DNA of 64,000 bases, from assembly GCA_963742595.1 (NCBI GenBank), contig CAVUMT010000001.1:3854314-3918313 (forward strand), written 5' to 3'. Positions 24,105 through 35,284 of the stretch are shown one piece after another. Made by a program: the position numbers and the translations under genes. This stretch comes from an uncultured Acidobacteriota bacterium (GTDB lineage Bacteria; Acidobacteriota; Vicinamibacteria; Fen-336). Each line of letters begins with the position of its first letter. The stretch's first letter is position 1. The notes beneath the pieces are model-generated. The model ran no database searches, was not told where the DNA came from, and worked only from the letters and a program-made list of their open reading frames with translations.

Positions 24105-24986
24105 GTGCCCCGGATCGTCCTCGTCCTCAAGCAGACGGTCCTCGCTCGAGGAGGCTCGGCGGCCCGGATGGCGCGCCGCGGCGACCCCACGGCGCACCGC
24201 CTTGCCGGGGCACACCGCGAGCACCGGCGCACGGTGGCGGCGGTCCGGCGGGCGCTCCACGCGCGCGCGCTCGGCTGGAAGGAGGTCCCGGGCCACCCGA
24301 TCACGCCGCGAGCGCGTCGGCTCCTTGGCCGCGCCGACCTCGTCGTCACGATCGGAGGCGACGGAACGCTCCTCGCCGCCGCCCACCACGTGACGTCGGG
24401 GGCGGTCCTCGGCGTGAACTCCGCGCCCGGCGACAGCATTGGCCACTTCTGCGGGGCGCACTGCGACTCGTTCGAGTCGACACTCGGGGCGGTGCTGGAG
24501 GGCCGGATCCGGCCCCGAGAGCTGACCCGGCTCGCGCTCCGCCTCGACGGGCGCCTCCTGCCCGAGCCCGCTCTCAACGACGTGCTGGTGGCCCATCCCG
24601 TCCCCGCCGCCACCACGCGTTACCGGCTCACGGTGGGCACGCGCACGGAAGAGCACCGGAGCTCCGGCCTCTGGATCAGCACGGCCGCGGGATCCACCGC
24701 GGGGATCCGCTCCGCGGGCGGGCGGGTGATGCCACTCGGCTCCCGGCGCCTGCAGTATCGCGTGCGCGAGCTGCTGCGGGAGCCCGGCCGGCGCTACCGC
24801 CTGGCGAGCGGCTTCGTGGGACCGTCCTCCGGCCTCACCGTCTCCTCCAAGATGCCGGAAGGCCTCCTGTGGATCGACGGCTCGCGCACCGTGCATCCGT
24901 TCCCGTTCGGGGCCCGCCTCCAGGTGGACACGAACGCTCCCGCGTTGCGACTCTTCCGGGAGGCCGGGCGCGCTTCACGGCCCTGA
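24105..24986 (+). CDS. nadK: NAD(+) kinase
   Basis: ...DLVVTIGGDGTLL... Confidence 0.75.
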   Translation: MPRIVLVLKQTVLARGGSAARMARRGDPTAHRLAGAHREHRRTVAAVRRALHARALGWKEVPGHPITPRARRLLGRADLVVTIGGDGTLLAAAHHVTSGAVLGVNSAPGDSIGHFCGAHCDSFESTLGAVLEGRIRPRELTRLALRLDGRLLPEPALNDVLVAHPVPAATTRYRLTVGTRTEEHRSSGLWISTAAGSTAGIRSAGGRVMPLGSRRLQYRVRELLREPGRRYRLASGFVGPSSGLTVSSKMPEGLLWIDGSRTVHPFPFGARLQVDTNAPALRLFREAGRASRP

Positions 24987-25014
24987 CGGGCGGGATGCTA
25001 TCGTCGCTCGTCCC

Positions 25015-26467
25015 ATGAAGCGCGACCTCGCGGCCCTCGCCGCGCGCGAGCACGACCTCCTCGTGATCGGGGGCGGCATCTACGGCGCGGCCGCGGCCTG
25101 GGACGCGGCGCAGCGCGGCCTCCGCGTCGCCCTCGTGGAGCGCGACGACTTCGGGGCCGGCGTGTCCTGGAACAGCCTCAAGACGATCCACGGCGGGCTC
25201 CGGCACCTGCCGCACGGACACCTCTCGAGCCTGCGCGAGTCCGTGCGCGAGAGGCGGGCGCTCCTTCGCATCGCTCCGGCGCTCGTCCGGCCTTTGGGAT
25301 TCCTCGTGCCCACGCGGGGCCTCGGGAAGGAGAGCCGCGCCGTCCTGGGCGCGGGCCTGGCCCTGAACGACCTGCTGAGCGCCGATCGGAACGAGGGGCT
25401 CGCGGAAGAGCAGCGGATCCCACGGGGCCGCGTGCTGTCGCGGGCGGAGGCGCTCCTTCTCGTCCCTGGCCTGCCTGGGGACGACCTGACGGGAGGTGCT
25501 TTCTGGCACGACGCGCAGGTGACGAGCAGCGAGCGGCTCACTCTCGGGTTCGTCCGGGCCGCCGCGGACGCGGGGGCACTCGTGGCGAACCACGCGGAGG
25601 CCGTCGGCCTCCGGCTCGACGGCACGCTCGTCGTGGGCGCTGTGGTGCGGGACGCCCTGACGGGCCACGAGGTGTCGGTGCGACGCCCCTCTCGTGCTTC
25701 TCGCCGCCGGGCCCGGCAGCGGCGCGCTCCTCGCAGGTGCGGGCATCGCGCGCCGCCCGGTGCCCTTCCTGCGCGCCCGGAACCTCGTGTTCGCCCGGCC
25801 TCCGGCGACGACCGTGGCGGTGGGGGCCCGGAGCCGCGGACGCTACCTGTTCTTCGTTCCCTGGAACGGACGCACGCTCGTCGGGACCCACTACGAAGAC
25901 GAGGGGGAAGGCAGCCGCTCCCGCGCCGTCCGCGAATTCCTCGAAGAGGTCCGGGCGGCCTTCCCCTGGGCCGGCCTCGAGCCGCGCGACCTGGCTCTCG
26001 TCCACGAAGGGCTCGTGCCCGGGGAGGGAGGGGCGGAGGGCCTCCGCCGGGGAGCCGACCTCCTCGATCACGAGAGAGAGGACGGGTTCTTTGGCCTCGT
26101 CACGGTGCTGGGCGCGAAGTACACGACGGCCCGCGCGGTGGCGGAGAGGTCGGTCGACCTGTGCCTCCGGAAGCTCAGGAAACCCGAGGTCGCGTGCCGC
26201 ACCGCGACGACGCCGCTCGTCCACGCGCGGCCTCTCGAGGGATCGTTGGCCGAGCGCACCCGCCGGGCGATCGACGACGAGATGGCCGTCACCCTGGCGG
26301 ACCTCGTCCGGCGCCGCCTCGACCTCGGCACCACCGGGGCGCCCTCGGAGGAGGACCTCCGGGCGGTGGAGGCCGCCGCCGTCGCTCTTCTGGGCTGGGA
26401 CGACCCGCGCCGGCGCGCCGAGCGCGCCTCGCTGGCCCGGACGTACGCGGACCCCCTGCTAGAATGA
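25015..26467 (+). CDS. FAD-dependent glycerol-3-phosphate dehydrogenase (GlpD/GlpA family), one frameshift near 25690
   Basis: ...HDLLVIGGGIYGAAAAWDAAQRGLRVALVERDDFGAGVSWNSLKTIHGGLRHL... Confidence 0.7.
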
Positions 26468-26470
26468 CGC

Positions 26471-27964
26471 ATGCCGTCAGAGCGACCGAAGAGGACGGGC
26501 GCCGCCGTCGACGCCAAGGCGCAGGACCGTTCGCTCCGGGCCCTCATGTCCCTGGTGGACGACCTCACGGTGGAGCGCGAGGAGGAGGGCCTCCTGCGCT
26601 CCACCCTCGAGCACGTGGTGGTCGCCCTCGGCCTTCACGAGCGGCGCTCACCTTCGTGCTCGGCGACGACGGCGAGCTGCGCATCGGCGGCGCGAGTTCC
26701 GATTCCCGGACGGTGGCTACGATCCCGCCCGTCGAGCTCGCGCGGCAGGCGCTCGAGCGCCGGACGGCCGACGGCCAGGGAGCTGCCCGACGGGGGCTGG
26801 CTGGCCGCGACCCCGCTGCGGGACCCGGCAGCGCGAGCTCGGGGTGCTGATCGTGCTTCGACGACGCGGGCGAGCGCCGCCCGCCGACCTCGAGCTGCTC
26901 GAGGCCCTCGGCAAGCAGATCGGCAACGGCCTCGAGAACGTGCGCCTCTACGCGGAGCTGCGCGCCTCCTCGCAGCCGCGTCGAGGTCCTGAACCGGATC
27001 ACCGCCACCCTCACCTCGGGCCTCGACCTCAAGACCGTGGTCCCCGCCGTTCGCCCGGGAGCTGCGGCGCCCTCCAGGCCTTCGACCGCCTGGCCTGCGG
27101 CTTCGTGAACGACTCGGGCGACTACATCGAGATCGTCGGCCTACCCCGAGGACGCCTCCTGGGGCCTCGGCAACGTGCATCCCGGTGGTGGGGAGCGGCC
27201 CCGGCTCCGTGGTCCTCAACAACAAGCCCTTCCTGCAGCGCGACCTCGTCCACAACCACCGCTTCATCGAGGACATGCGGCTGCTCGAGGACGGGCATCC
27301 GCTCCTACGTGCTCCTGCCCCTGAACGTCGCGCGGGCGGAGCATCGGCGTGCTCGCCCTCGGCGTCGCAGCAGAGCGCGGCCTACGACGACGCGACCCTG
27401 GCCCGCCTCCAGCCCCTGGCCGACTCGGTGGCCCTCGCCTTCGAGAACGTGCGCCTCTTCCAGAAGACCCGCGAGCTGAGCATCACCGACGAGGTGACGC
27501 CCCTCTACAACTTCCGCTACTTCCACCAGATCCTCGACCGCGAGCTGAAGCTCGTGGACCGCTACAAGTCGGTGCTCTCGCTCGTGTTCGTCGACCTCGA
27601 CCGCTTCAAGCCCATCAACGACCAGTACGGCCACCTGCGGGGGAGCCGCACCCTGCGCGAGGTCGGCTTCCTCATCCGGGCCGCGGTGCGCGAGACCGAC
27701 TATCCCGCGCGCTACGGCGGCGACGAGTTCGTGGTGATCCTGCCCCAGACCGACCGCGCCTCGGCCCGTGTCCCTGGCCGAGAAGCTGCGGCGCGCTCAT
27801 CGAGGGGCACACGTTCCTCCAGGAGGAGGGCATCAACGCCCGCCTCGGCGTCTCGCTCGGCGTCGCCACCTATCCCACGGAGGCCGCGACCAAGGAGGTC
27901 GCTCATCCGACTCGCCGACAAGCGGATGTACGAGGACAAGCTGGCGCGCAAGGCGGGGCGTTGA
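26471..27964 (+). CDS. GAF-GAF-GGDEF diguanylate cyclase (several frameshifts)
   Basis: ...LEALGKQIGNGLENVRLYAEL..., ...LADSVALAFENVRLFQKTRELSITDEVTPLYNFRYF..., ...RYGGDEFVVIL... Confidence 0.7.
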
Positions 27965-28378
27965 AGGAGTCGGCGGGGACGCTCCTCTACCGTTTACCGG
28001 GACGGCGCGGCCTCGAGGTCCTGATCGTGCACCCCTCCGGCGGCTACAACCGCACGCGCCCCTGGAGCATCCCCAAGGGGAAGCTCGATTCCGGGGAGAG
28101 CCCACGAAGCCGCGGCCCGCCGCGAGACCGTCGAGGAGACGGGGGTGAAGGCGGGGGAGCTCGTGGGCCTCGGGCAGCGTGGAGCTCGTCCGCGAGCCGC
28201 AAGCGCATCCACGGCTTCGCGGGGCCCGCGCCGGAGGGCGCGCCGCCGCGCTGCGCCTCCTGGGAGGTGGACCGCGCGGAGTTCGTGACCGTGGCGCGAG
28301 GCGCGCGAGCTGCTGCACCCCGACCAGGCGCCCTTCGTGGACTGGCTGGTCGCTCTCGTCGGCGCCGCGAAGTCCTGA
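27964..28378 (+). CDS. NUDIX hydrolase (frameshifted)
   Basis: ...LLYRLPGRRGLEVLIVHPSGGYNRTRPWSIPKGKLDSGES..., ...RETVEETGVKAGELVGLG... Confidence 0.55.
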
Positions 28379-28412
28379 CGTCCCCGCCATGTCGATGGAG
28401 TGGTCCAGAACG

Positions 28413-29804
28413 TCAGGGCGCGCACCCCGGCTCCACGTAGTGACGCTGTTGGCCGTCGGCGGCCACGAAGGTCCCGTGGCTGAGAGAGATCGAAGACACC
28501 GAGTTCGTGAGGCTGGCCAGGTGATCGGTGGCGTCGATGATGCCGTCACCGTCGGTGTCGCCGAAGAGTACGAGCGACGTTGACGTCGAGTCAGACGGGC
28601 TGATGACACCGTCACGGTTGACATCCAGGAATCCGAGCATCTCGAGCGCGCTCGCAGCCACTCTCGGGGAGTCGCCTGGACGCTGCACCCTGCGGCCCTC
28701 CGCCAGCAGCTGAATTCCATCAAGAGCTCGGCCGTCCGAGTCAAGAATCCTCCAGCCGAGTAGCTGCAGGGCCGAAGCGTCCACCGCCAGAAACCAGTCG
28801 TCGCTTCCGGCCACCGTCCAGCGCATGGTCTCGGGGTGGACCGAGAGAAGCGTAGTCGTCACCGAGCCGGAGAGGTCGAAGCCGTCTCCGCCCATGTCCA
28901 GGACCAGAGCATCCAGGCAGCCGATCGACGGAGGCAGGTCGCAGCCTTCATCGACAGTGCCGTCGCAATCGTCGTCGATGTCGTTGCAGGTCTCGGTTCC
29001 GGGCAGGATCTGCCCCAAGCAAGGGCCAAACACGCCTCTCTGACACACGCGTTCGCCGCTGTGGCATGCGGCGACACCACGCGTTGCCGGCGGGCCAGTG
29101 TAGCAGCCGACGAAGTCGCCTTCGGTGCACGCGAAAGGCGCCCCGGGGACGCCCGGATCTCCCTTGTCACCCTTTTCGCCTTTCACTCCAGGCGGACCCT
29201 GCTCACCCTGCGGCCCTTCCGGACCCGGAGGGCCCACGTCCGCCAACACCGCCTCCAGCTCGGGAGCGTGGCTGGTCAGGAGGCTTTCCTTGGTGTCGAT
29301 GACGACATTGACCGCGCCCGACCCACGCAGAGCCAAGCCGTGATTCTCCAGGAAGCCACGGGACCAGTCCTGCACCAGGCCGGTCACGTCTACGGCTATG
29401 AAGTGCAGCGTGTCGCCGCTCGCCACCGAGAAAGAGGCGACAGGTGAGCCCAACGCCGGGCTGTTGCCGGCCGTAATGCTGCCTTCCTGCCAGGGGGCCA
29501 GGACCGGCACCACCTCGATCGTGCCTGGTGCGAGCACTGTCAGGACCCACAGGCGCAGGATGGCTCTCTGCACCGTCGGGTTGTCGGGCAGGGCCGAGAG
29601 GTCGAAACGGGCATAGCTGTTGTGGACGGGCCCGCTGGAGCCCTGGCGCACCGCCATGGCGGGCAGCAGCCCGAGCTTGAGATTGGGAGGGGAGGAGGTG
29701 GTCTGGGCATCGGCCGCAACGTGCAACGTATCGGCCCAGACCCCGGACACGCTGCCGAGGCCTGAGCCAAAGGCCACTAACGCACACAGTGTGAGTCGCT
29801 TCAT
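28413..29804 (-). CDS. Secreted DNRLRE-domain / collagen-like / Cys-rich-repeat / dockerin-like protein
   Basis: Intact 463 aa; signal; GPPGPEGPQGEQGPPGVKGEKGDKGDPGVPG; TCNDIDDDCDGTVDEGCD; DVNRDGVISPSD / GDTDGDGIIDATD. Confidence 0.7.
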   Translation of the reverse strand: MKRLTLCALVAFGSGLGSVSGVWADTLHVAADAQTTSSPPNLKLGLLPAMAVRQGSSGPVHNSYARFDLSALPDNPTVQRAILRLWVLTVLAPGTIEVVPVLAPWQEGSITAGNSPALGSPVASFSVASGDTLHFIAVDVTGLVQDWSRGFLENHGLALRGSGAVNVVIDTKESLLTSHAPELEAVLADVGPPGPEGPQGEQGPPGVKGEKGDKGDPGVPGAPFACTEGDFVGCYTGPPATRGVAACHSGERVCQRGVFGPCLGQILPGTETCNDIDDDCDGTVDEGCDLPPSIGCLDALVLDMGGDGFDLSGSVTTTLLSVHPETMRWTVAGSDDWFLAVDASALQLLGWRILDSDGRALDGIQLLAEGRRVQRPGDSPRVAASALEMLGFLDVNRDGVISPSDSTSTSLVLFGDTDGDGIIDATDHLASLTNSVSSISLSHGTFVAADGQQRHYVEPGCAP

Positions 29805-29914
29805 GGCAAGCCTCCCCGCGCCCGGCAGCCACCCACGGGCCTCTCTTCCCTATAAGCGCAGGACGTGCGGAGGACGGAGTGGTGTCGGCGCCAAAATCCG
29901 GACCTCCCGCCGGC

Positions 29915-30697
29915 TCAGGGAACCGATGTGACCCCGCGGCGGCGGAACGTAGCGATCAGCATGTAGCCCGAGGCGGGGACGAGCGCGTCCAGGCGGCAGA
30001 CCGCCCAAACGAACGGATAGATGGCGGAGTAGGCGCGGAACATCTTTTCGTGGCGGGCCACGTCGGCGCCAGTGACCACCATCCCCTTGGCCGAGCCCTT
30101 CTTGCCGAGGCGCTCCACTCCCCAGTTGATCGCGGTGTCCACGAGCTCGGAGAAGAACCGGGAGTACGTGCGGTGGCCTTCCGGCGCGAACCCGGGCAGA
30201 AGCTCGCGCAGGCGCTCCGGCGTGTAGCCGGGACGGAGGTGGCCGTGCTTCTCGTCGGTCTGGCCGATGGCGAGGCGGAGCCGCCGGAGGAGGGTCGGCT
30301 TGAAGTGCGGTGTGTTCACGACGAGGCGGCCTTCGGGCTTCGTGACGCGGGCGAGCTCGCGCGCGAAAGCACCCTCGTCCACCACGTGCTCCATCATGTC
30401 CACGACCGCCACGCGGTCGAAGGTCCCGTCGGCGAAGGGGAGGCGGCCCTCCGCCACGAGGTGCACGTCCGTCTCCACGAGGTCGCGGATCGAGCCCACG
30501 GCCTCCTCCGTGAGGTCTCCCGAGGCCCAGGCGCCCCCCCGGCGCCGGAGGAGCAGGCTCACGACGCCGTTGTCCGAGCCGAGGTCCAGGCAGCGGAGGC
30601 CATCGGTGGGGCCGAGTGCTGCGACGAGCTCCGCGAGCTTCCGCTGCTTCAGGACGGACTTGTCGAAGAGCCGCAAGGCCCAATCGCGATCAGCCAC
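29915..30697 (-). CDS. Class I SAM-dependent methyltransferase
   Basis: Intact 260 aa; ...LRCLDLGSDNGVVS..., ...RLVVNTPH... Confidence 0.6.
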   Translation of the reverse strand: MADRDWALRLFDKSVLKQRKLAELVAALGPTDGLRCLDLGSDNGVVSLLLRRRGGAWASGDLTEEAVGSIRDLVETDVHLVAEGRLPFADGTFDRVAVVDMMEHVVDEGAFARELARVTKPEGRLVVNTPHFKPTLLRRLRLAIGQTDEKHGHLRPGYTPERLRELLPGFAPEGHRTYSRFFSELVDTAINWGVERLGKKGSAKGMVVTGADVARHEKMFRAYSAIYPFVWAVCRLDALVPASGYMLIATFRRRGVTSVP

Positions 30698-31544
30698 GGC
30701 GCTCCAGCCGCAGGATGACGGGGGAGCCGAGGGCGCTCGTCAGGCCCGTCGCCCGCAGCCCGACTTCGATCGCTCGTGAAGCAGCCGCGATCCCTGCGGC
30801 CCGGTGCAGGGCCATGGGGAGCAGGAACTGCGGCCGCCGTGCGGTAACCGCGAAGCCGGCGTCCGCGAACGCCCCCTCGATCTCGGCGTCGCGGAAGACG
30901 GTGAAGGGCCGGGTGTCGCCCTCGACACCCCTCTTCATGCCGAAGAACAGCCCGGAAACGGCGTTGACGCTCCTGCGCGTGGGGTAGTCCACGACCACGG
31001 CTCGCCGGGCGAGTCGGCCCAGCTCCGACACGAGAGCCGGCCAGCGGGAGACGTGCGGAAGCAGGCGGAAGCACACCACGACGTCGAATGCGCGGTCGGG
31101 CCAGGGAGCTTCGAGGAGGTCGCCCGCGCGGAAGGACGCAGACCCTCGGGCGACCAGCGACCGCACGCGCTCGCCGCAGGCGTCGCGGCTGCCGAGGATG
31201 GTCAGGGCGTGGCCCGCGTCGACGAGAGGGGCGGCGAGCTGCCCGTGGCCTCCCCCGACGTCGAGGACGGTGGCCCCGGGGAAGGGACGCAGGAGATCGA
31301 GGGTCGTGCGGGCCTGGACGTCGAGGAAGAAGCGGCCCACGGGTCCGGCGAAGCGCCGCGCGTACGCGTCGGACGATGTCTCGACGTCGGCCTCCTCGCG
31401 CTCGGGCACCCGGAGGATTGTAAGGCCGCAGCCTCCGCGGGTTATCCTCGCGGGCTCCATGCCTCGCGTCTCTCGCGGGCCCCTGTCGGGGGACGCCGCG
31501 ATCGAAGCCGCATTGCTGGCGATGTGCGTCTTCTGGGCGCTCAA
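30690..31544 (-). CDS. Class I SAM-dependent methyltransferase (second, tandem)
   Basis: ...ATVLDVGGGHGQLAAPLVDAG...; 3' end overlaps the neighbouring MTase start by 8 bp. Confidence 0.6.
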   Translation of the reverse strand: MSAQKTHIASNAASIAASPDRGPRETRGMEPARITRGGCGLTILRVPEREEADVETSSDAYARRFAGPVGRFFLDVQARTTLDLLRPFPGATVLDVGGGHGQLAAPLVDAGHALTILGSRDACGERVRSLVARGSASFRAGDLLEAPWPDRAFDVVVCFRLLPHVSRWPALVSELGRLARRAVVVDYPTRRSVNAVSGLFFGMKRGVEGDTRPFTVFRDAEIEGAFADAGFAVTARRPQFLLPMALHRAAGIAAASRAIEVGLRATGLTSALGSPVILRLERRG

Positions 31545-32409
31545 CGTGATCGTCCTGAAGCTGCTCCTGCGCGTGCTCCCGCCCGCCGCTCTCTCGGGGA
31601 GCCGCTACCTCATTGTGTGTGCGGTGGCGGTTGCGGTGGTCGCCGCGTGTCGAGGCCCCTGGACGGTGGCCCGGGCCGACCTTCCGCGTTTCCTCGCCTC
31701 CGGCTTCCTCGGCGTGACCCTCTATCAGGTCCTGTTCCTCGAGGGCCTCCACCGCAGCACCGCCTTCGCCACCAACCTCCTCGCCGGGATGGAGCCGCTC
31801 TTCGCCCTCGGCCTCCTGAGCCTCCGCGGCCGCTCGCGCGTCTCCCCCCGGCAGTGGGCCGGCGTCGGCTTGGCACTCGCGGGGGCGGCGGTCTTCTTCC
31901 TCGACCCCGCGAGGGGGCGGATGCAGCTCCTCTTCGGGCTGGGCGACCTCTTGAACCTCACGGGGGCCTTCGTCTTCGCCCTCTACGGCCTCGTCAGCGC
32001 TCCCGTGTTCACGCGCTATCCCGGACGTACGGCGATGGCCGTCAGCATGATCGCGGGGACGGTGCCGCTCGTCGTCTGGTCCGGGCCCGCGCTCCTGGCC
32101 GTGGACTGGTGGGGGCTCGGCCCTCTCGTCTGGACGGCACTCGTCGTCTCGACGATTCTTCCCCTCTACCTGGGCTTCTGGATCTGGAACTGGGCGGTGG
32201 CGCGGAAGGGCCTCGACCATGCCTCGCTCTACATGTACGTCGAGATCGTGATGAGCGGCGTCTTCGCCTGGGTGCTGCTCGGCGAGCGCTTCGGGCCCCT
32301 GCGGCTCCTGGGGGCGGCGGTGATCCTCGCGGGTGTCTTCCTCGCCCGGTCGGGAGAGAGGGGCGAGGCCGGATCAATCCTCGCGGAGCAGGTCGACGAG
32401 CGCGTGTAG
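31459..32409 (+). CDS. EamA/DMT-family transporter
   Basis: About 10 TM helices. Confidence 0.7.
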   Translation: MPRVSRGPLSGDAAIEAALLAMCVFWALNVIVLKLLLRVLPPAALSGSRYLIVCAVAVAVVAACRGPWTVARADLPRFLASGFLGVTLYQVLFLEGLHRSTAFATNLLAGMEPLFALGLLSLRGRSRVSPRQWAGVGLALAGAAVFFLDPARGRMQLLFGLGDLLNLTGAFVFALYGLVSAPVFTRYPGRTAMAVSMIAGTVPLVVWSGPALLAVDWWGLGPLVWTALVVSTILPLYLGFWIWNWAVARKGLDHASLYMYVEIVMSGVFAWVLLGERFGPLRLLGAAVILAGVFLARSGERGEAGSILAEQVDERV

Positions 32410-32799
32410 GAGGTCGTTGTCGGTGAGGATCCCGATGCACACTCCGTCCTCGACCACGGGGAGCGAGCCGTACTTGGTCGAGTAGAGCGTCTCCGCCGCC
32501 TTCAGGAGCGGGGTGTCGGCGCTGACGGTCAGGGGCTCGTGGATCATGATCCGGGAGATGGGAGTCGTTTCCATGACCTGGTTGAAGTGGTCCTGGGTGT
32601 CGGAGAGGGTCGAGGGCTCGGCCCGCTTCACGTCGCCTTCCGCGACGAGGCCCACGAGCTCGCCGGCGAGGACGACCGGGATGTGGCGCACGCCCAGCCG
32701 CCGCATCAGCTCGAGGACGTGGTTCAGGGTGTCCTCGGGCTCGAGGGTCACCGGATCCGATGTCATGTAGTCACGGACGACCGGAACCTTCTTCGCCAC
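32374..32799 (-). CDS. CBS-domain pair protein
   Basis: Intact 141 aa; two CBS motifs (...MTSDPVTLEPEDTL... / ...IHEPLTVSADTPL...). Confidence 0.7.
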   Translation of the reverse strand: MAKKVPVVRDYMTSDPVTLEPEDTLNHVLELMRRLGVRHIPVVLAGELVGLVAEGDVKRAEPSTLSDTQDHFNQVMETTPISRIMIHEPLTVSADTPLLKAAETLYSTKYGSLPVVEDGVCIGILTDNDLLHALVDLLRED

Positions 32800-32809
32800 G
32801 ATTCGAATA

Positions 32810-33765
32810 CTACGCCTCGCCCGGTGGCGGGCTCGTGTCGACGGTCACAGGAGGGGGTGACGGGCTTGGAGACTCTGCCGGCGGGACTTCCGCCGGAGCT
32901 TCCGAAGGAACTTCCGTCGGACCCTCGGCCGTGGGGGCGGGGGCCGGGGCCTCCATCGTCGGAAGCTCCGCGTCCTCCTCCACCACGACCACAGGCGGCG
33001 GCTCGCTGCCCAGGCCCGCCACGTCGCGCTCGATGTAGCCGGCGCTGGCCATCAGCCAGAGCACTCGCTCGCCGCGCGGGCGTTGCGGGCGGGGTCGCGC
33101 TCCGGGTTCATCCGGCGCGGGCTCGGGATCATGGCGGCGAGGGCCGCCGCCTCCTCGACGGTGAGGTCGGAGGCGGGCTTCCCGAAGTAGCGGCGCGAGG
33201 CCGCTTCCGCGCCGTAGACGCCGTCGCCCCACTCGATCACGTTCAGGTAGAGGGTCAGGATGCGCCGCTTGGTGAGGTCCTCCTCCATCCAGCGCGTGAC
33301 CACGAGCTCGCGGAGCTTCCGGGCGAGCGTCTTCTGCGTGCCGAAGTAGAGGTTCTTGGCGAGCTGCTGCGTGATCGTGCTGCCCCCGCGGAGGGCCCGG
33401 CCCTTCTCCACGTTCTTCTCGAGCGACTCCTGGACGGCCTGCCAGTCGACGCCCTCGTGGCCGAAGAACTTCTGGTCCTCGGAGGCGATGACCGCCTGGA
33501 TCAGGTGGCGCGAGACGCGCTCGAGGCCCACCCACGTCTGGTCCACGCGGGCCTTCCGGTTGCGGGCGCGCGCCTCCGCCTCGCGCTGGCGCATGAGCGC
33601 GGTGGTCCCGGGGTTCGTCGACACGAGGCTGCTTACCTCGCTCCGCGACGGCAGCCCCCACCAGAGGAAGCCGACGCCGGCGCCGACGAGGACTCCGAGA
33701 CCGGCAAGAAGCCATCTGCGCTTCATCGAGGGCGCGAGGTTAGGCGAGGCCCCGGCGGCGGTCAA
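32810..33765 (-). CDS. mtgA: Monofunctional biosynthetic peptidoglycan transglycosylase with Pro-rich C-terminal tail (one frameshift)
   Basis: ...[16 protein letters not shown]...[15 protein letters not shown]... Confidence 0.75.
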
Positions 33766-33834
33766 GGTTGCGGTTGCCGCCCTCCGGGCCTTTGTCTACC
33801 ATGGCCGAAGCGCGCGATCGCCGGAGGGCTCCAT

Positions 33835-35027
33835 TGGACTTCGAGCTGAACGAGGAGCAGAAGCTCCTGCAGGAAGACCGTCCGCGATTTCGCGGAGGCG
33901 GAGATCGGGCCCCACTCGCGGGAGTGGGACGAGAAGCAGGAGTTCCCGCGCGAGGTCTTCGCGCAAGCTCGGCGGAGCTGGGGCTCATGGGCGTCGCCTG
34001 GCCCGCGGAGTACGGCGGGGTCCGGGCTGTCGACGCTCGACTGGGCCATCGTGATGGAGGAGCTGTCCCGCGTGGACGCGGGGGTCGCCCTCTCCCTGGC
34101 CGCCCACCACAGCCTCTGCTCGGGCCACATCTTCCTCGCGGGCAGCGAGGAGCAGAAGAAGAAGTACCTGACGCCCTCTCGCGAAGGGCGAGAAGGTGGG
34201 CTGCTGGGGCCTCACCGAGAACAGCGCGGGCTCCGACGCCGGAGGGACGCGCACGACCGCCGTGCGGGACGGCGACTCGCTGGGTGCTGAACGGCTCGAA
34301 GACGTTCATCACGAACGGCCGCGTCGCGGACACCGCGGTGGTGATGGCGGTGACCGACCGGAGCAAGGGCAAGAAGGGCATCTCCGCGTTCGTGGTGGAG
34401 CGCGGGACGAAGGGCTTCCGCTCGGGCAAGAAGGAGGACAAGCTCGGCGTGCGCTGCTCCGACACCTCGGAGCTGGTGTTCGAGGACTGCCGCGTCCCCG
34501 CGGACAACCTCCTGGGCCGGAGGGCTACGGCTTCGTGGACACGCTGCGCATCCTCGACCGCGGCCGCATCGGCATCGCCGCCTTCTCGCTCGGCATCGCC
34601 CAGGCCAGCCTCGAGGCGTCGATGAAGCTACGCGCTCGGAGCGCAAGCAGTTCGGCCACGCCATCGCCGACTTCCAGGCCGTCCAGTTCAAGATCGCGGA
34701 CATGGCCACCCAGGTCGCAGGCGGCGCGCCTGCTCACCTGGCGCGCGGCCGCGCTGCGCGACGCGGGCAAGGAGCACACCACCGAGTCCTCCATGGCCAA
34801 GCTCTTCGCCGGGGAGGCCGCGGTGGAGGTCGCCCTCGACGCGATCCAGATCCACGGCGGCTACGGCTACCTCAAGGAGTACAAGGTCGAGCGCTACCTC
34901 CGCGACGCCAAGCTCGGGCACGATCGGCGAGGGCACGAGCGAGGTCCAGCGGCTCGTCATCGCCCGCGAGCTCCTGGGGCTGCAGGGGGATGGTGCGGTA
35001 GGCGGGGGGCGACTCATCCCGTGATAG
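33835..35027 (+). CDS. Acyl-CoA dehydrogenase (heavily frameshifted)
   Basis: [13 protein letters not shown]..., ...[13 protein letters not shown]..., ...[22 protein letters not shown]... across 3 frames. Confidence 0.7.
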
Positions 35028-35050
35028 CATTGCTATCAAGGAGGTGTCGC

Positions 35051-35284
35051 GTGGCCCAGCTCATCGTCCGGAACCTCGACGAGGAGACCGTGCGCGCCCT
35101 GAAGCGCCGGGCGGCGCGCAACGGGCGCTCGACCGAAGCCGAGCATCGGGAGATCCTCAGGGCCACCCTCCGCCGGCCGCGCTCCGCGAAGACCCTGAAG
35201 CAGATGCTCCTTGAGATGCCGGCCGTGGGCCGCGACGATGACTTCGTGCGTCCCCGTGACCGCGGGCGACGGGTCAAGCTTTGA
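35051..35284 (+). CDS. vapB: Type II antitoxin, FitA/VapB-like (ribbon-helix-helix)
   Basis: ...IVRNLDEETVRALKRRAARNGRSTEAEHREIL...; 4-bp overlap with vapC. Confidence 0.7.
   Translation: MAQLIVRNLDEETVRALKRRAARNGRSTEAEHREILRATLRRPRSAKTLKQMLLEMPAVGRDDDFVRPRDRGRRVKL

Noticed and set aside
31457-31460. Overlapping divergent start codons (ccATGcc read on both strands) for the methyltransferase and the EamA transporter gene
   Set aside because: The methyltransferase more likely starts at the upstream M (31544), or the EamA gene at a downstream start. A true 2-bp divergent start overlap is implausible, so it is not reported as a feature.
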